From the NCBI GenBank assembly GCA_002633005.1, contig NMRA01000111.1, forward strand, positions 462,866 through 526,865: a stretch of DNA of 64,000 nucleotides. The letters are read 5' to 3'. The translations under genes were made by a program, and so were the position numbers. The notes under the pieces are model-generated. The model did no database searches, was not told the DNA's origin, and was given only the letters and a program-made list of their open reading frames with translations. Of the stretch, positions 1-11,080 are shown one piece after another (within the stretch, counting starts at the first letter, position 1; every line of letters begins with the position of its first letter). Source of the DNA: Phoronis australis. Its lineage: Eukaryota > Animalia > Phoronida.

Positions 1-347
1 TTCAAGATACAGTAAATTCCATACTTCATGCCCTAAAGATGAGACTAGCGTTCCTGTTGCATGTTCTTATAGTCAAATTCGTTTTTCTGAATAACATAAC
101 TAATTCACGGGGTACGTTCAGAGCTATGAATTTTGCATTTGCCGAATTTTGGTAATTCAAGCCTTTTTATTGGACGTTTGCTTCGTGTTCTAATTTTGGG
201 GGGGGTGTAGTTTAATCATCCCGAGACGAAAGTAGCATCTCACAACGTCTAGTACCGACTAATTGACTTTTTGCTGTGAGGAAACTTCGAAAAAATCTCA
301 CAAAATTCAGGATCTTTGAAATACACGAGAAGGAAAAACTCTGTATT

Positions 348-406
348 TATGTATGTATGAATGTATGTATGAATGAATGTATGTATGTATGCATGCATGT
401 ATGTAT
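348..406. repeat. (TATG/TGAA)n tetranucleotide microsatellite
   Basis: Direct reading: tatgtatgtatgaatgtatgtatgaatgaatgtatg... Confidence 0.9.
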
Positions 407-1097
407 TAATTTCGATAAAAACAAGACTAAACTTTTGGTGGTTTGAGAGATTGATACTGATTCGATCGTACATTATCCCGTCACTATGAGCGAATCAGTA
501 ACAAGCTCCCTAACGAAAGGTTTAGCCGTGTTTTCAACGAAATTTGCGTACACGAAGGGCTGCTACCTAAATACACTGATGTGTGTACGAGTATATATGA
601 AATACCAATTAATGTAATTTTGGTACTGTATGTATTCTATTTAACTCTTTTTTCGATGCTCATTGGTTTGAGAAAAGCTCATTTTTCAAATGAGAGAGTG
701 TTAAATAACATCACTAAAAGTTGACCTCCTAGTTCAATCAAAATAATTAAAGATTTAGCCCTCAAATTTGGGGCGTTGTATGAAAACATCCTCACATATT
801 TTTAATAACATTGAGAAGTCAACGTTGAGAGTCCACCCTCAACTTGTATCAAAGCAAAATTGGCTTATGATGATAATCTAGCAGCATAAGAAGGGACAAT
901 CACAAGCAGCTGTATACTCAGCCAGTTTATGGATCTTAGTGGAGTCCCTATTTGAGACTGTTTCAAACAACCGGGCACAAACCCCCTACAGGAGGGAGTA
1001 CCCCTCACGTACCTTCTTATTGCCGACTTTGTCGGCCATTCGTCGAGCGAATGTGAGAATGCTTCCGATGCACTGATAAAACACGTCCGATACTTAC

Positions 1098-1174
1098 TTT
1101 TGGGTTGAAGTTGGGTGGTAAGACAATGTCTCCTTCAAACTGACCAGACATCAATTCTGGATATTCGTCAGTCA
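1098..1174 (-). CDS. Gene B exon: astacin (M12A) metalloprotease propeptide, (V)TDEYPELMSGQFEGDIVLPPNFNPK
   Basis: cttcag acceptor, AAA|GTAAGT donor, 77 nt phase 1->0; FEGDI matches the astacin aspartate-switch motif FxGDI. I found no catalytic exon in 1-1097, so it presumably lies beyond the left edge. Confidence 0.8.
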
Positions 1175-1765
1175 CTGAAGAGTACCAAATAATGTTGAAT
1201 TGATACTGCTGACTTAGAAACTGGGCAGAAGCGTATGGAAAACTCAGCTTCATGACTCGGAACTGCTATTAAACTGTCTTTGATGACACTACGTAAACGC
1301 ACAAACGTAGAAACCTCTTTTGAACCTAATGTGAGAGGATTCGTTAAAAGAACGTTCGTGACTTTAACATAATTAAGACGTCATTTGTAACGGCATGGCC
1401 TATAGCTATAACAAGAGAAGCCGATTATCACTTCTGAAATCAGATATGACCTGTACATTTTTCGAGAGATAACAGATAGTGCCCAAGTCAAATCTGTGTG
1501 ATCAATACCGAATCAAAAGTTGAGCGCTTGCAAGCACTGAACATATGAACGTTTGCCCCACCTAGATTGGTTAAGTTGACTGGGAATGAGTCTTGTAGGT
1601 GTTCAAGACTAGATCCTGTGCTCGGTTCTCAAGATTCCTGCTGTTTCGGGCCCATTGCGCCCGTTGAGTCAAAATAAGCATTTATTTAAGACGCTTTCAG
1701 GTCAAAACAACATTGCTTTTTCTCGTGTAAAGTAGAGTTTGATCTCAGCCTGCTTTTTGTCTTAC

Positions 1766-1788
1766 CGCAGTTGTAATCGACGGAACTT
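1766..1788 (-). CDS. Candidate gene B micro-exon (K)SSVDYNC(V)
   Basis: ttattttag acceptor, G|GTAAGA donor, 23 nt phase 2->1; bridges the 2315-2192 exon to the FEGDI exon in frame. Confidence 0.4.
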
Positions 1789-2191
1789 CTAAAATAAGTA
1801 CTTACTACGACTACCTTCTGTGAGTGTGATGTCAAGGACGAGCAAAAAAAACGAAAAAAACCATATGCAAATCATTTCCGAAACACTTTTTGTGCTGACA
1901 ATTTCCACTAAAAGGTTGTCGTTCTTCCTGTCCCGATGACGTGTAATGATTGTGGTGACGTCAATTTAAGACCACGTAAAACACGAAGAACCTAATCGAT
2001 TCGGAAATGTATGCATTATTTCCTAGATTATACAACCTCCAAGAACCGGGGTAAAAAAAAACAATTTCCTAGTACATGTCTCAAACTAATATGATACAGC
2101 GTTTAAAAATGACACAGCAAAACAGTACAACACTAAATTCCACTTGCAGATTACCTCTGTACTGATGGCTGTAACTTTGAAACTAAGTTAC

Positions 2192-2315
2192 TTGATGTCG
2201 CTTAGCTCCGATTCTTGCATTTCTTTGCGCGCCTCCCTGTTGTGTTTGCTTTCCCCTGTCAATGCAGCCACACTCTGCAGTAATACGTCATTCAGCCTGG
2301 ACATACTGTGAGTTG
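2192..2315 (-). CDS. Candidate gene B pro-region exon THSMSRLNDVLLQSVAALTGESKHNREARKEMQESELSDI
   Basis: tttcag acceptor, weak AA|GTAACT donor, 124 nt phase 1->2, open frame compatible with neighbours. Confidence 0.45.
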
Positions 2316-2569
2316 CTGAAATTTTCAGTGTTTCAAATTGCAAACAAGTGAACGTCGCGAACATGTTTTAACATTAGATTAAAATCTAAATAGCGCGAGG
2401 ATTAAGCTATTTTGCATCTTCAACCACTGATGGTGTTTGTATTGAAGGTGAGCTGTAGAACGAATATTCCACGATAACTATTTTATTTTAATGTCGCTGC
2501 TGCGCAATCCACCTCACTTGTGGCTTGTTAGTGTGAGTCAATGATGAGACCAGCGCTCATCTGGGTAAA

Positions 2570-2680
2570 GTTCAGTAACGATAGGACCTACGCCAAAAAG
2601 CAAGACTGCGGGAGATTGCCTGAGATATTGCCGTGTATTTCAAATAACACGTAATTTTGGTTAGATTCCTGTAGCTGCGA
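2570..2680. mobile_element. Degenerate copy of the short MITE at 45923-46049
   Basis: Shares gttcagtaacg.taggaccta...aaagcaagact...gagatattgccgtgtattt. Confidence 0.65.
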
Positions 2681-3059
2681 GACAGCTAATGAGCTTACCC
2701 AATTAGTTTTATTTTACATATAGCCTAGGTAACAGATACGGTCATTATCCTGTGACCTGACCTTTCCCGTCAGCTAAAAGACGCCTGAAACAAGCCTTAA
2801 TTTATACCTTATATGACGTACAAGTGTCCCGTCTATATACATGTAACCATTCCGGACATGATCCTTGTGCGCATGTCTAATTTGTCATCCCTATAGGATC
2901 TTTCAACAGTGTTTTTATTTTGCACTCACCGCGCACACATACACTGTATTTCACATGGGTATATATTGTGGTTGGACTTAATATATTTTGTGTGTCAGTA
3001 AGAAACCCAACGAGTGTTGGTTTTTATGCTGCTCTCCATCTACTTAGCTTAAGCCGAGT

Positions 3060-3760
3060 TGGACCTAGACCTTGGCTGGCCTTTTCCCTGTTTTTGCAAT
3101 TTTAGAGAGTCGATTCGGCAAGTTTGAAAGCCATAAACAGAAAAAAGCAACGCGACGAAATCATATCAAAGACTTACCAGCGTTACAAATGCTGTTCCCT
3201 GCAGAATGTAATTGTCACATCTAATAATCAGTGAATGACAGATTTAAGCTTTTTGGGAGAGCTCGAGGAACCGACGAAGATGTAATTTCTTCAGTAAATA
3301 CAATTTACTTTCAATTAAAAAGATATCTTAAATGGAGTATATTCTAAACGTGTACGCAACATCAAGCAAAAAATCAAAAGTGTGAGATTATGAATATTTA
3401 CGTTAACTCTCCCTAAGTTTAATAGAGCCGGGCCATTGGTAACCGCTCGTTTAACTCAGTATTTCCGTGACAACAACGAGCTCAAATGCGATATTTCAGA
3501 TCACGTTCTCACGTCACTTTGTTTCTAACTACAATATTTGATCCAGAGCAGATTCGTGTGCAGGCATGTCTTATATGGGACCTATTCAGTGCAGTAATAT
3601 GATTATGAAATGTGATAAATCTATTGACACAGGTTGTGGGTTGAGGGGGTTCTGGGTCGTTGGGTTGTAGGTCTAGGGAGACGTTGGTGCAGAGGTCGTG
3701 GTGGTTGTTGGTCCAAGGGTCGTGGGTCGAAGGGGTGTGGGTGTCGAGGGGGTTAGAGAA
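3060..3760 (+). repeat. Interspersed repeat R1, uninterrupted copy (approximate ends)
   Basis: Aligns by eye to about 5130-5465 and continues at 8598-8840; G-rich tail 3630-3750. Confidence 0.7.
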
Positions 3761-4085
3761 CAATCCCCTGTGGCTCTGTATACATCAGTGAGACTGGCCG
3801 AGACACTTGATGAACTCAAGAAGGAGGTGGATGAGCTACATCAATGTAGGTTTAAACATTATGATAGGTCTCGGAATACAGTACCATCAACAAATCTGTC
3901 ACGGTAGTGAACTAAACATTCTCTTGGTTTTAATAAATGCAGTAAGCTGGAATGATGCTCGCCCTTGTGAATCTGAAAGTAATCGTAGACCTAGACGGAG
4001 AAGAGAGTCAAGAAACGTTGACCAGTCATGAACACGCCGACGATGGAGGTTATTAGTTCCCAAAATTTGGAACAGTCTGATCACC
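3760..4085 (+). mobile_element. Penelope-like retroelement GIY-YIG endonuclease 3' remnant
   Basis: Frame-broken IPCGSVYISETGR...KKEVDE...VSWNDARPCESESNRRPRRRRES...DDGGY..VPKIWNSLI resembles the PLE YIGETGR / IDW / MNRDxG motifs. Confidence 0.7.
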
Positions 4086-4787
4086 CCGCCACCTAGTTCC
4101 AAACTTTTGTAACTTGTCGAGGGCTAAGACCGGCTAAGTTAAGACCGAAGACAAACATTCACAAGAGACCGTATCGTGAGAACGATGTCATATTTTGGTA
4201 TTCGGTCTTGGACAGAGAGTTAGATTTCGACTACTCACAAAACTTTCGTCACCTGTCGCAATTCAAACAAATAATAAGGGTGGGAAACACGTTTTCAAGA
4301 GTGATCTGGGAGTTACAACTCTTTTAAAGGGAAATAATTACAGCTTGAGTAATCCTGTTGCAAACAGTTCCACCAATGGCTGAGAGTGTGCAAGAGGCCT
4401 TAGGGCCAATTCAGGAATTCCGATGAACAGTTGGAACCTGGACTGTCTACCTTAAGTGACATATAGATGTCAACTGACAGTTCACATCAACTGAAGCGTG
4501 AAAATAGGAATTGGGTGAACTAGGCTAGCCGATGATCAGCTTGGACATGATTCACTTGAATCTGTCCGGTGGACCCAGAGGCCAAGATTCATACATGTAT
4601 ATTATGACCCATTGGATAATATGCTTTTCTTAGGAACATGTCTTTACAGTTAAGTGGTTTTCAGATTTTTTTGATAATCGACAACCTATGTAGTGTCTTT
4701 TATTCGATGTCACGATGTCAAGTATCTACCACGCTAAATGAATACATTAATGTAAACGCGCACCAACTCATATAATTCTGTCAACAT

Positions 4788-5039
4788 CATGTGCACACCC
4801 AGCCCAAAATGAGGGGTTCGAATGTTTGAGAATGAGGACCTTTTATTAAAATTCACGGTACGTTCATCGCTATGAATTTTGCATTCGTCGAATTTCGGTA
4901 GTTCCTATCTTTTCAGTGGACGTTTGTATTTCTTTAAACTTTTTTGTGTTTTTTTGTCTCCGAGATGGACATTTTGCGCACATTGCCAAGTGATGGGAGC
5001 TCGTTCGAGCACCCTGAGCCCCTCCTGGGTAGGCACATG
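4788..5039. mobile_element. MITE with 15-bp TIR and 5-bp TSD AACAT
   Basis: TIR CATGTGCACACCCAG vs CATGTGCCTACCCAG; aacat on both sides; interior resembles 100-200. Confidence 0.85.
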
Positions 5040-5700
5040 AACATATAAAAGCCCAAAGCCCCCTCGACCGACATTCTCGAGTGGACGTGAACTTAGAACT
5101 AGAGCTGACTGGCAGGATCAACAAGTCTGGCCGAGAGCTCGGCCGGCTTTTCCCTCTTTTATTTGCAGTTAAGATAGTCGATTCTGTAAGTTTGAAAGCC
5201 AGAAAAAAACTAACCAAATGGAATCAAAGACCTACCAACGCTTTTCAGAGAATGGCAGATTCAAACTCTTTTTGGGAGAGTGTGAGCATCCGACTAACAT
5301 GCAATTTCTTCAGTTAAGGCAGTTTGAAAAAAAACAAATTGTTAACTAAGAACATCTCAACGTTACATGGAGTATATTGTAAACGAGTACACAACAGAAA
5401 GCAACTAATAAGAATGTGAAATTATGTCCATTCACGTTAACGTGCTCTCTCTAAGTTTTGTGGAACCATAGATTCTCAATAAAAAAACCCTAACGAAAAT
5501 AACAGTTAGGTCCTTCCAAATTTTAATCATGTATCTTGGTCAGTTACTTTAACAATGTTCTGTTAAGTGTCGAACTTTGGTCCGTGGACACGAACGGAAC
5601 GGAATAAGGATTGTTAACAGTGTCGTGTATTGGACCAATTTTGCATAATCATAACTATGTTTAGAAGTTGCGTTACAATGTACTGTTGGCCTATTTTAAT

Positions 5701-8077
5701 GGGGCTATTCGGAGAATTCTCCTCGCGGTGTCGTTGCTGTACTAGTGGTGATTGAATTGCGCATGCGTCGCTGTCTGCATGTAAACAGCTGGTAAAAAGA
5801 CGGATTGTTACCTAAATACGTCGTCGCGCAAAGCCTTATTGTTGCTATTTTCCCTGGTGCAAGTCTTTGATAGGTGGTCACAAATTACCAAAAGACCGAA
5901 GGTTACTACATTCGTGGAGCATTGCGGTCAAAAGGGTCAACCAACTGAGAAAAAGTGTATGGATGCCGAAGCCCCTTTGGTGTCGTGAAAAATGCACATT
6001 ATTAAATCACTTTTAGCCTGTTTCACATAATATAATTCAGATCTTAAATAAGACTTGGGTACAAAGATTTAGTTTTTACATATAAACATGAAGATGAAAC
6101 GTCAAGTATGTTCTACCTTACTAAAGTAGTTTTGTCTTGTGTTTTCTTTTATAAGTTGCTAATATTTCTCTAACTATTCTGTTACAGGTGAGAGAAAACG
6201 ACTGAAACCAGCCGCCTGACCATCTATTTTGCCTTTGGCAAAGTGAAAAGTAATCCTTCAGCAATAACCTGAGAGAATTAAATCTAATTCAGAAATTCAG
6301 CCTTTGATATGCCTGATTATGGACTCCATTGTGTGGGAAAATTACAACTGTTTTTAACAATGTTGTTTTTTATATACTTTTCTTGGATGTGGAACTTTTG
6401 TTGTGGACAAGTTATAACAAAACTTAAAGTTGTTCAAAGGCCTTCTTAAGAAAGCTCTAAAAATAATTACACACACAAACAAATCAAATGCAAACAAAGG
6501 GAATACTTCATTTTGATCGCTGCACATTTCTAGAGGTCAACAGGAAAACGACAATTCGCAAGCGTAATCGCTAATCATTTCAGCTTTATAAAGAATAAGC
6601 ACAGCTGCACTGTATGGGGCTTTAAAGCTGAGGAAATATTGTGGTTTCAGTAAGTAGTGACAAACTTGCCTGTTGATGAAAAATTTATTCGACCATCAAA
6701 GTGTAACATTAACGGGCTTTCTACTGCCAATAAGACAGTCGATGCAGTCACTGAATGTCATTTCCCCATAATGTGTACCAAATTGAAAAGTCTTTACCAT
6801 TAGTATAAAGCCTTCTGAAAGTAAGAAAGGACAGGTATTTATACCAGATGCTTTTGGTTTTCATTTCACAGAGATCTAATTACAATAACCTATATAAGCG
6901 CTTGTAAAAAAGGTCCAGTTTCGGCACGTGGCTTTCCTCCAGGTAACCTCATTCAGCCTCAGTTAGATCCTTCAGGGTAAACACACCAGCATATCACTTG
7001 ACTCGTTTTGTGCCCAAAATCTGACCCTGAACTACACCAGAGTGTCACTACGTCTTCCTTAGATTCAATCCAGCAAGTTTCTTCCAGGAAAGGAAATAAG
7101 GTATCGTCCACACTTGACTTATTGACTTTGAAAGGGTATCCTCACCAACGAGGCTCACTTGTGTAGCAGTAGATATAGTTCCTCTTCATACACAAACAAC
7201 ACGTTGTCTTATGGTACTGAGATTCATACTTCACCAAGGCCACTGACATGTTCATTGCGCCATGCAGCACTAATGGTGTGTGGAAATGTTGTTGGAAGAG
7301 AAAGGAGTAACAAAGCTTGTTCGTTGTCTCCGACGAAGAAAGTAGGCTTTAACAACAGATCTACATGTACACTGGATGGGAAGATCTTGCTGGTTAGCTG
7401 CAGTCAATTGCTTAAAACCAATTTCTGTCCATTCAGGGTCGATGCAGAAGCGATGCATTTCTCCTCTGCACGGTACAATTCCTCAAACCTAAAAACCAAA
7501 GGTCACGTGAAAACAGACATGTTAGAATTTCATTTCAACGTGTAATAAATTTACGGAAGACATAGGATAGGGAGTAAACATATAGTCTAATGGATATTTA
7601 CGTACCCTTTGCCATGGCATTGGGCTTGGATTGTAATCTCACTAATCCATATCTAGTTAAACATTCAGCATTCATAGATGTAACTGTCACTGATAAACCT
7701 GTTTGCAATCATTCTAAACCATAAAACGGTTTTGATGTACGAAAAGATCTCGAGTGCTACGTCAAGTATCGTAACACGCATCACAACAAACGATAAACCC
7801 GACTGGCGACTGTCGCGAAGTCGACATCGGCGAGTATCTCAGTTAACAGGCATCAGTAGAATAAACATGGAATAACCGTTAAAATGATCACAAACCTTAC
7901 CTTTGTATAAGGTCTTGCTTACTTTCTCTCATAGAAGCACCATTTTCATGCAATATCAGATTCAGTTTGCACACCTACAAGCCATTTCACCATGTATTTA
8001 AAGGAATCGAGGCTGTTAATCTACCACCACTAGTACACGCGCGCCCTCTATTTAATGTAAATTTTCCGAATAGCTCA
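5701..8077. mobile_element. ISL2EU-like (PIF/Harbinger-related) DNA transposon remnant
   Basis: 18-bp TIR GGGGCTATTCGGAGAATT (15/18 match at 8060-8077), AT on both flanks, THAP remnant on + and a convergent decayed ORF on - (EMHRFCIDPEWTEIGFKQL...; DFSIWYT). Confidence 0.7.
5831..6016 (+). pseudogene. THAP zinc-finger domain remnant (transposase N-terminus)
   Basis: PYCCYFPWCKSLIGGHKLPKDRRLLHSWSIAVKRVNQLRKSVWMPKPLWC...HF*; THAP C-x-C, P, W, HF pattern; AAG where ATG is expected. Confidence 0.7.
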
Positions 8078-8849
8078 ATTGTGACATTTAGTTTTGACAC
8101 TCAGGTTTGGCAGATGATATGTCAGTGTTTGCCTTTTCTCCTTGGAACAAAGCTGCGTAATTACACAAATATTTATTGTTATAAATTCATTTTTGTTAGT
8201 TAATACTTGTACTTATTTTTATGAGTTGATTTGTACGGTGCTGAATTTAACTAATACTACTTGCATAAAAAATCTGCTGATGCGACTGAAGCTGTAAACA
8301 CGGGGAGATTAACTCATAACATGGCTGAATTATCTTGTGAATGTTTTAAATGACATGACAGAGAACAATATATGGATTTTATTTTTACAAGTCTTAAAAA
8401 CTTCGTAAAATTAACCAATTCGACTATTTACTTAACTAAATCTTGAAACGAGTGAATGGCCGGTCCGTAAAACCGGAAGTTTCCTATCTTGCGTGTGCAG
8501 CACCCTCTCATGGTCAGTGCTTATGTCATTTGGTCCACAATACGCTCAATGCGCTCTGACGGGAGTTAGCAGTCCCTGTCCATAGTCTATTGTGGAAGAG
8601 GTCCATTGGTATCCGGTCGTGCAACTATTTCCGTGACAACGATAGCATGCTCACAATCCGCTATTTCAGATCATGTTCAATTTCGCCACTTTCTGTTTTT
8701 TAACATCAACCCTTGAACCTGAACAGACTCGAGTGTAGGTAAGTCTTATCGGAAAGTATCTTAAGGACGTTTTCATGTCGTGGGTCGGGAGGGTTGTGTG
8801 CCAAGGGAGTCGAGGGGATTTTAGAACAATCCGAGTGTCAGAGCTCAAT

Positions 8850-10425
8850 GGGTGTTATACTGACTGAAGTTACTATGGTGGTTGCAGTTCGTAAGTCATT
8901 ACGCACCTCGACACCTGATGTGTAGATACACCTAGGGTGTAAAGTCAACTTGCCAGAGATGATGCATCTATTGGATAGTAGTTAACATAATGCGTTTTGT
9001 GGAAATTCTTTGTTATAGGTTTGTGCTACATCACAAGGTAGTCGTGAGAGTTGTGGTGATTGGACGGAACGTTTGAAGAGTATATTGATGAGCTTGACGG
9101 GCGTTGGCGCTTTATCTATGTAGGGATGCTTAGGGCCAAGTTTTAATGGTTGGTCATCACCAGTTGTAAAGGCTCAATCCTGCATTTGTATGATAGGGGA
9201 ACCAAATTTGTTAGCTGTCCATGTAGAAGAATCTGAGCAGTGTATGGCCTAGGGTTCACTGATAAGCTTAAAGGTGGGAATTTTAGTTGTGGTCACATTG
9301 GCAGCAAAAATATTAGTGTAAGAACATGCAAACGTGAACCCATTCTGAAAGAGACGCTCATCAGTCCTATGACCAATTGATTAGACATCGAATCGTGTAG
9401 TATGTTAGAATTGATGGGGAATCGTGTCAAGCTTTGAATGGTAGTGGTTCGTGGATGTCTTATTAGTTCAATCATTAACGTGCTGGCACCTTTTCCAAAC
9501 CGAAAATTACACATGTTTTGATTAACCAACAAATTCGGAACGGCTTCATTACAGCAAATAATCGAAATATTTTTTGCTGGTAAGGGCGGGATCAGCATCT
9601 CTTTTCGCTGGGGATGTGTACTTTAATTGATGATTGTGTTTGTTTCAAGATCTCAGGCCCTCTGCTCGTATTCTCCAGTTTCATGAAATATAATCAAAAC
9701 TGCACATCATATAGTAGATTATGCCTGTCTTTTCCGCTGGTATCCGCGGTAGAAATATGCGTAGTTGTATGCCATAGTGGGTACCAGAGCATGTCACCGC
9801 GCGCTCTTCATTAACTGTTAAACCTTATCGTCCCGGCAGGACCTAGTGGCTGGTTTTCTCACTATGTCTTCCTTATCACTAAAGTGACGTGTCCACGAAT
9901 TATACGTTCCAAACATGCGATGACTGAGGAAGATATTATTCTAATTTTGCTAATGCTGCAAAACTAGAAGACTGTTCAGGAAGATAAAACGGAGACTGCA
10001 AGACAGCTCAGCCAACTGTTTGACTAATTGATGTTAGCTCAATGACAATGATCCTCATTCTCCCTTGCCTGGCTTTACCCGTTTGTGGGTCCAGTGTGTT
10101 TTGGATGTCATATGGCCCTTATTTTGGCATATGTATCAGTGTGTGCTGACTTCTGATCCTGATCTGCACACTTGGGTGTTGTCAGTTTATCATTTGATGT
10201 GGAGAAGGGAGGATGTACCGTATTCTGAGAGCTGCAGTATTGAGGTGATTTGTTTCTTATTCAATTATGTTTTCTTGGAATTAGCATTATTTGTATATGT
10301 TTGTTTAAATTGTTATCGTACTTACAATGTAGTTTGTTTTATATATGAAGAACCGAACTGTTCGAGTCTGAGCTGTTGTTAGCTTTTAGCGTATCGTAGG
10401 TAATTTGCTGACACTCACTGTGACA
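8850..10425 (+). mobile_element. Decayed LTR-retroelement 3' end; putative LTR 10214-10425
   Basis: Polypurine tract ggagaagggagga directly followed by TGTACCG; ends TGTGACA; upstream stop-riddled coding-like sequence; no second LTR seen. Confidence 0.45.
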
Positions 10426-10569
10426 AAAAGGACAGAATTACCGGAGGTTTCGCACTGATTGAACCAGAAAGAATATATTTATTTTGGCTGGATACTTCTC
10501 ATTTGAACAATCAAAAACGTTAACGACTCTTCTGATTTTTAAACTTGTCTTTAAGATTGGTTTCAATAC

Positions 10570-10636
10570 CTATCCTTGATGGTGCTGTGGTTTCGGTAGT
10601 CATCCTTGGTATAAACATAACATCGGGCTCGTTTTC
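10570..10636 (-). CDS. Candidate gene B exon ENEPDVMFIPRMTTETTAPSRI
   Basis: tgttttgattttag acceptor, AG|GTATTG donor, 67 nt phase 0->1, frame-compatible with downstream exons. Confidence 0.5.
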
Positions 10637-10970
10637 CTAAAATCAAAACAGAATGTTTTAAAAGTGGAAGATGCTAACTACGATTTCGTTGTAAGACTGA
10701 GCAGCGCAACATATTTCTGCAGTCAATGAACACTTATTGTATCCACATGGCCAATCCCAAAACACGCAGAAATGTATTTCTTACAAAAACAGCAGTTACT
10801 TGAATGGCTAAAATGGTCTTCTACCAATGATTTGTAATGGCATAAAACACACTCTGGAGCTCTGACATTTTGGAAAATATCTAAGTTCCCATAATCACTC
10901 AGTCGATAGCATTTGTGTCAAAGTCAAATAAGAGGAATTGGTGAAGCCGGAAGTTGACGTCATAATTCAC

Positions 10971-11080
10971 CGTCACTTGCTTATTGCGGGAGATCCTCAG
11001 CTAATTCGTCGTCGTTGTCGTCGTCATTGTCGTTAATGTAGAATCGACGAGCAGCACAGCGTGAACAAAGCCGGAAGATA
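10971..11080 (-). other. Exon-like segment with (ACG/ACA)n low-complexity tract, closed in all three frames
   Basis: tacttttag acceptor, G|GTGAAT donor, 110 nt; phase 1 frame SSGFVHAVLLVDSTLTTMTTTTTTN*LRISRNKQVT. Confidence 0.3.

Larger units (their letters stand above)
5467..8590. mobile_element. Non-autonomous DNA transposon (P-like CATAGA...TCTAT ends) splitting an R1 copy
   Basis: R1 homology stops at about 5465 and resumes at about 8598; flanks tgtggaac / tgtggaag (about 8-bp TSD). Confidence 0.6.
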
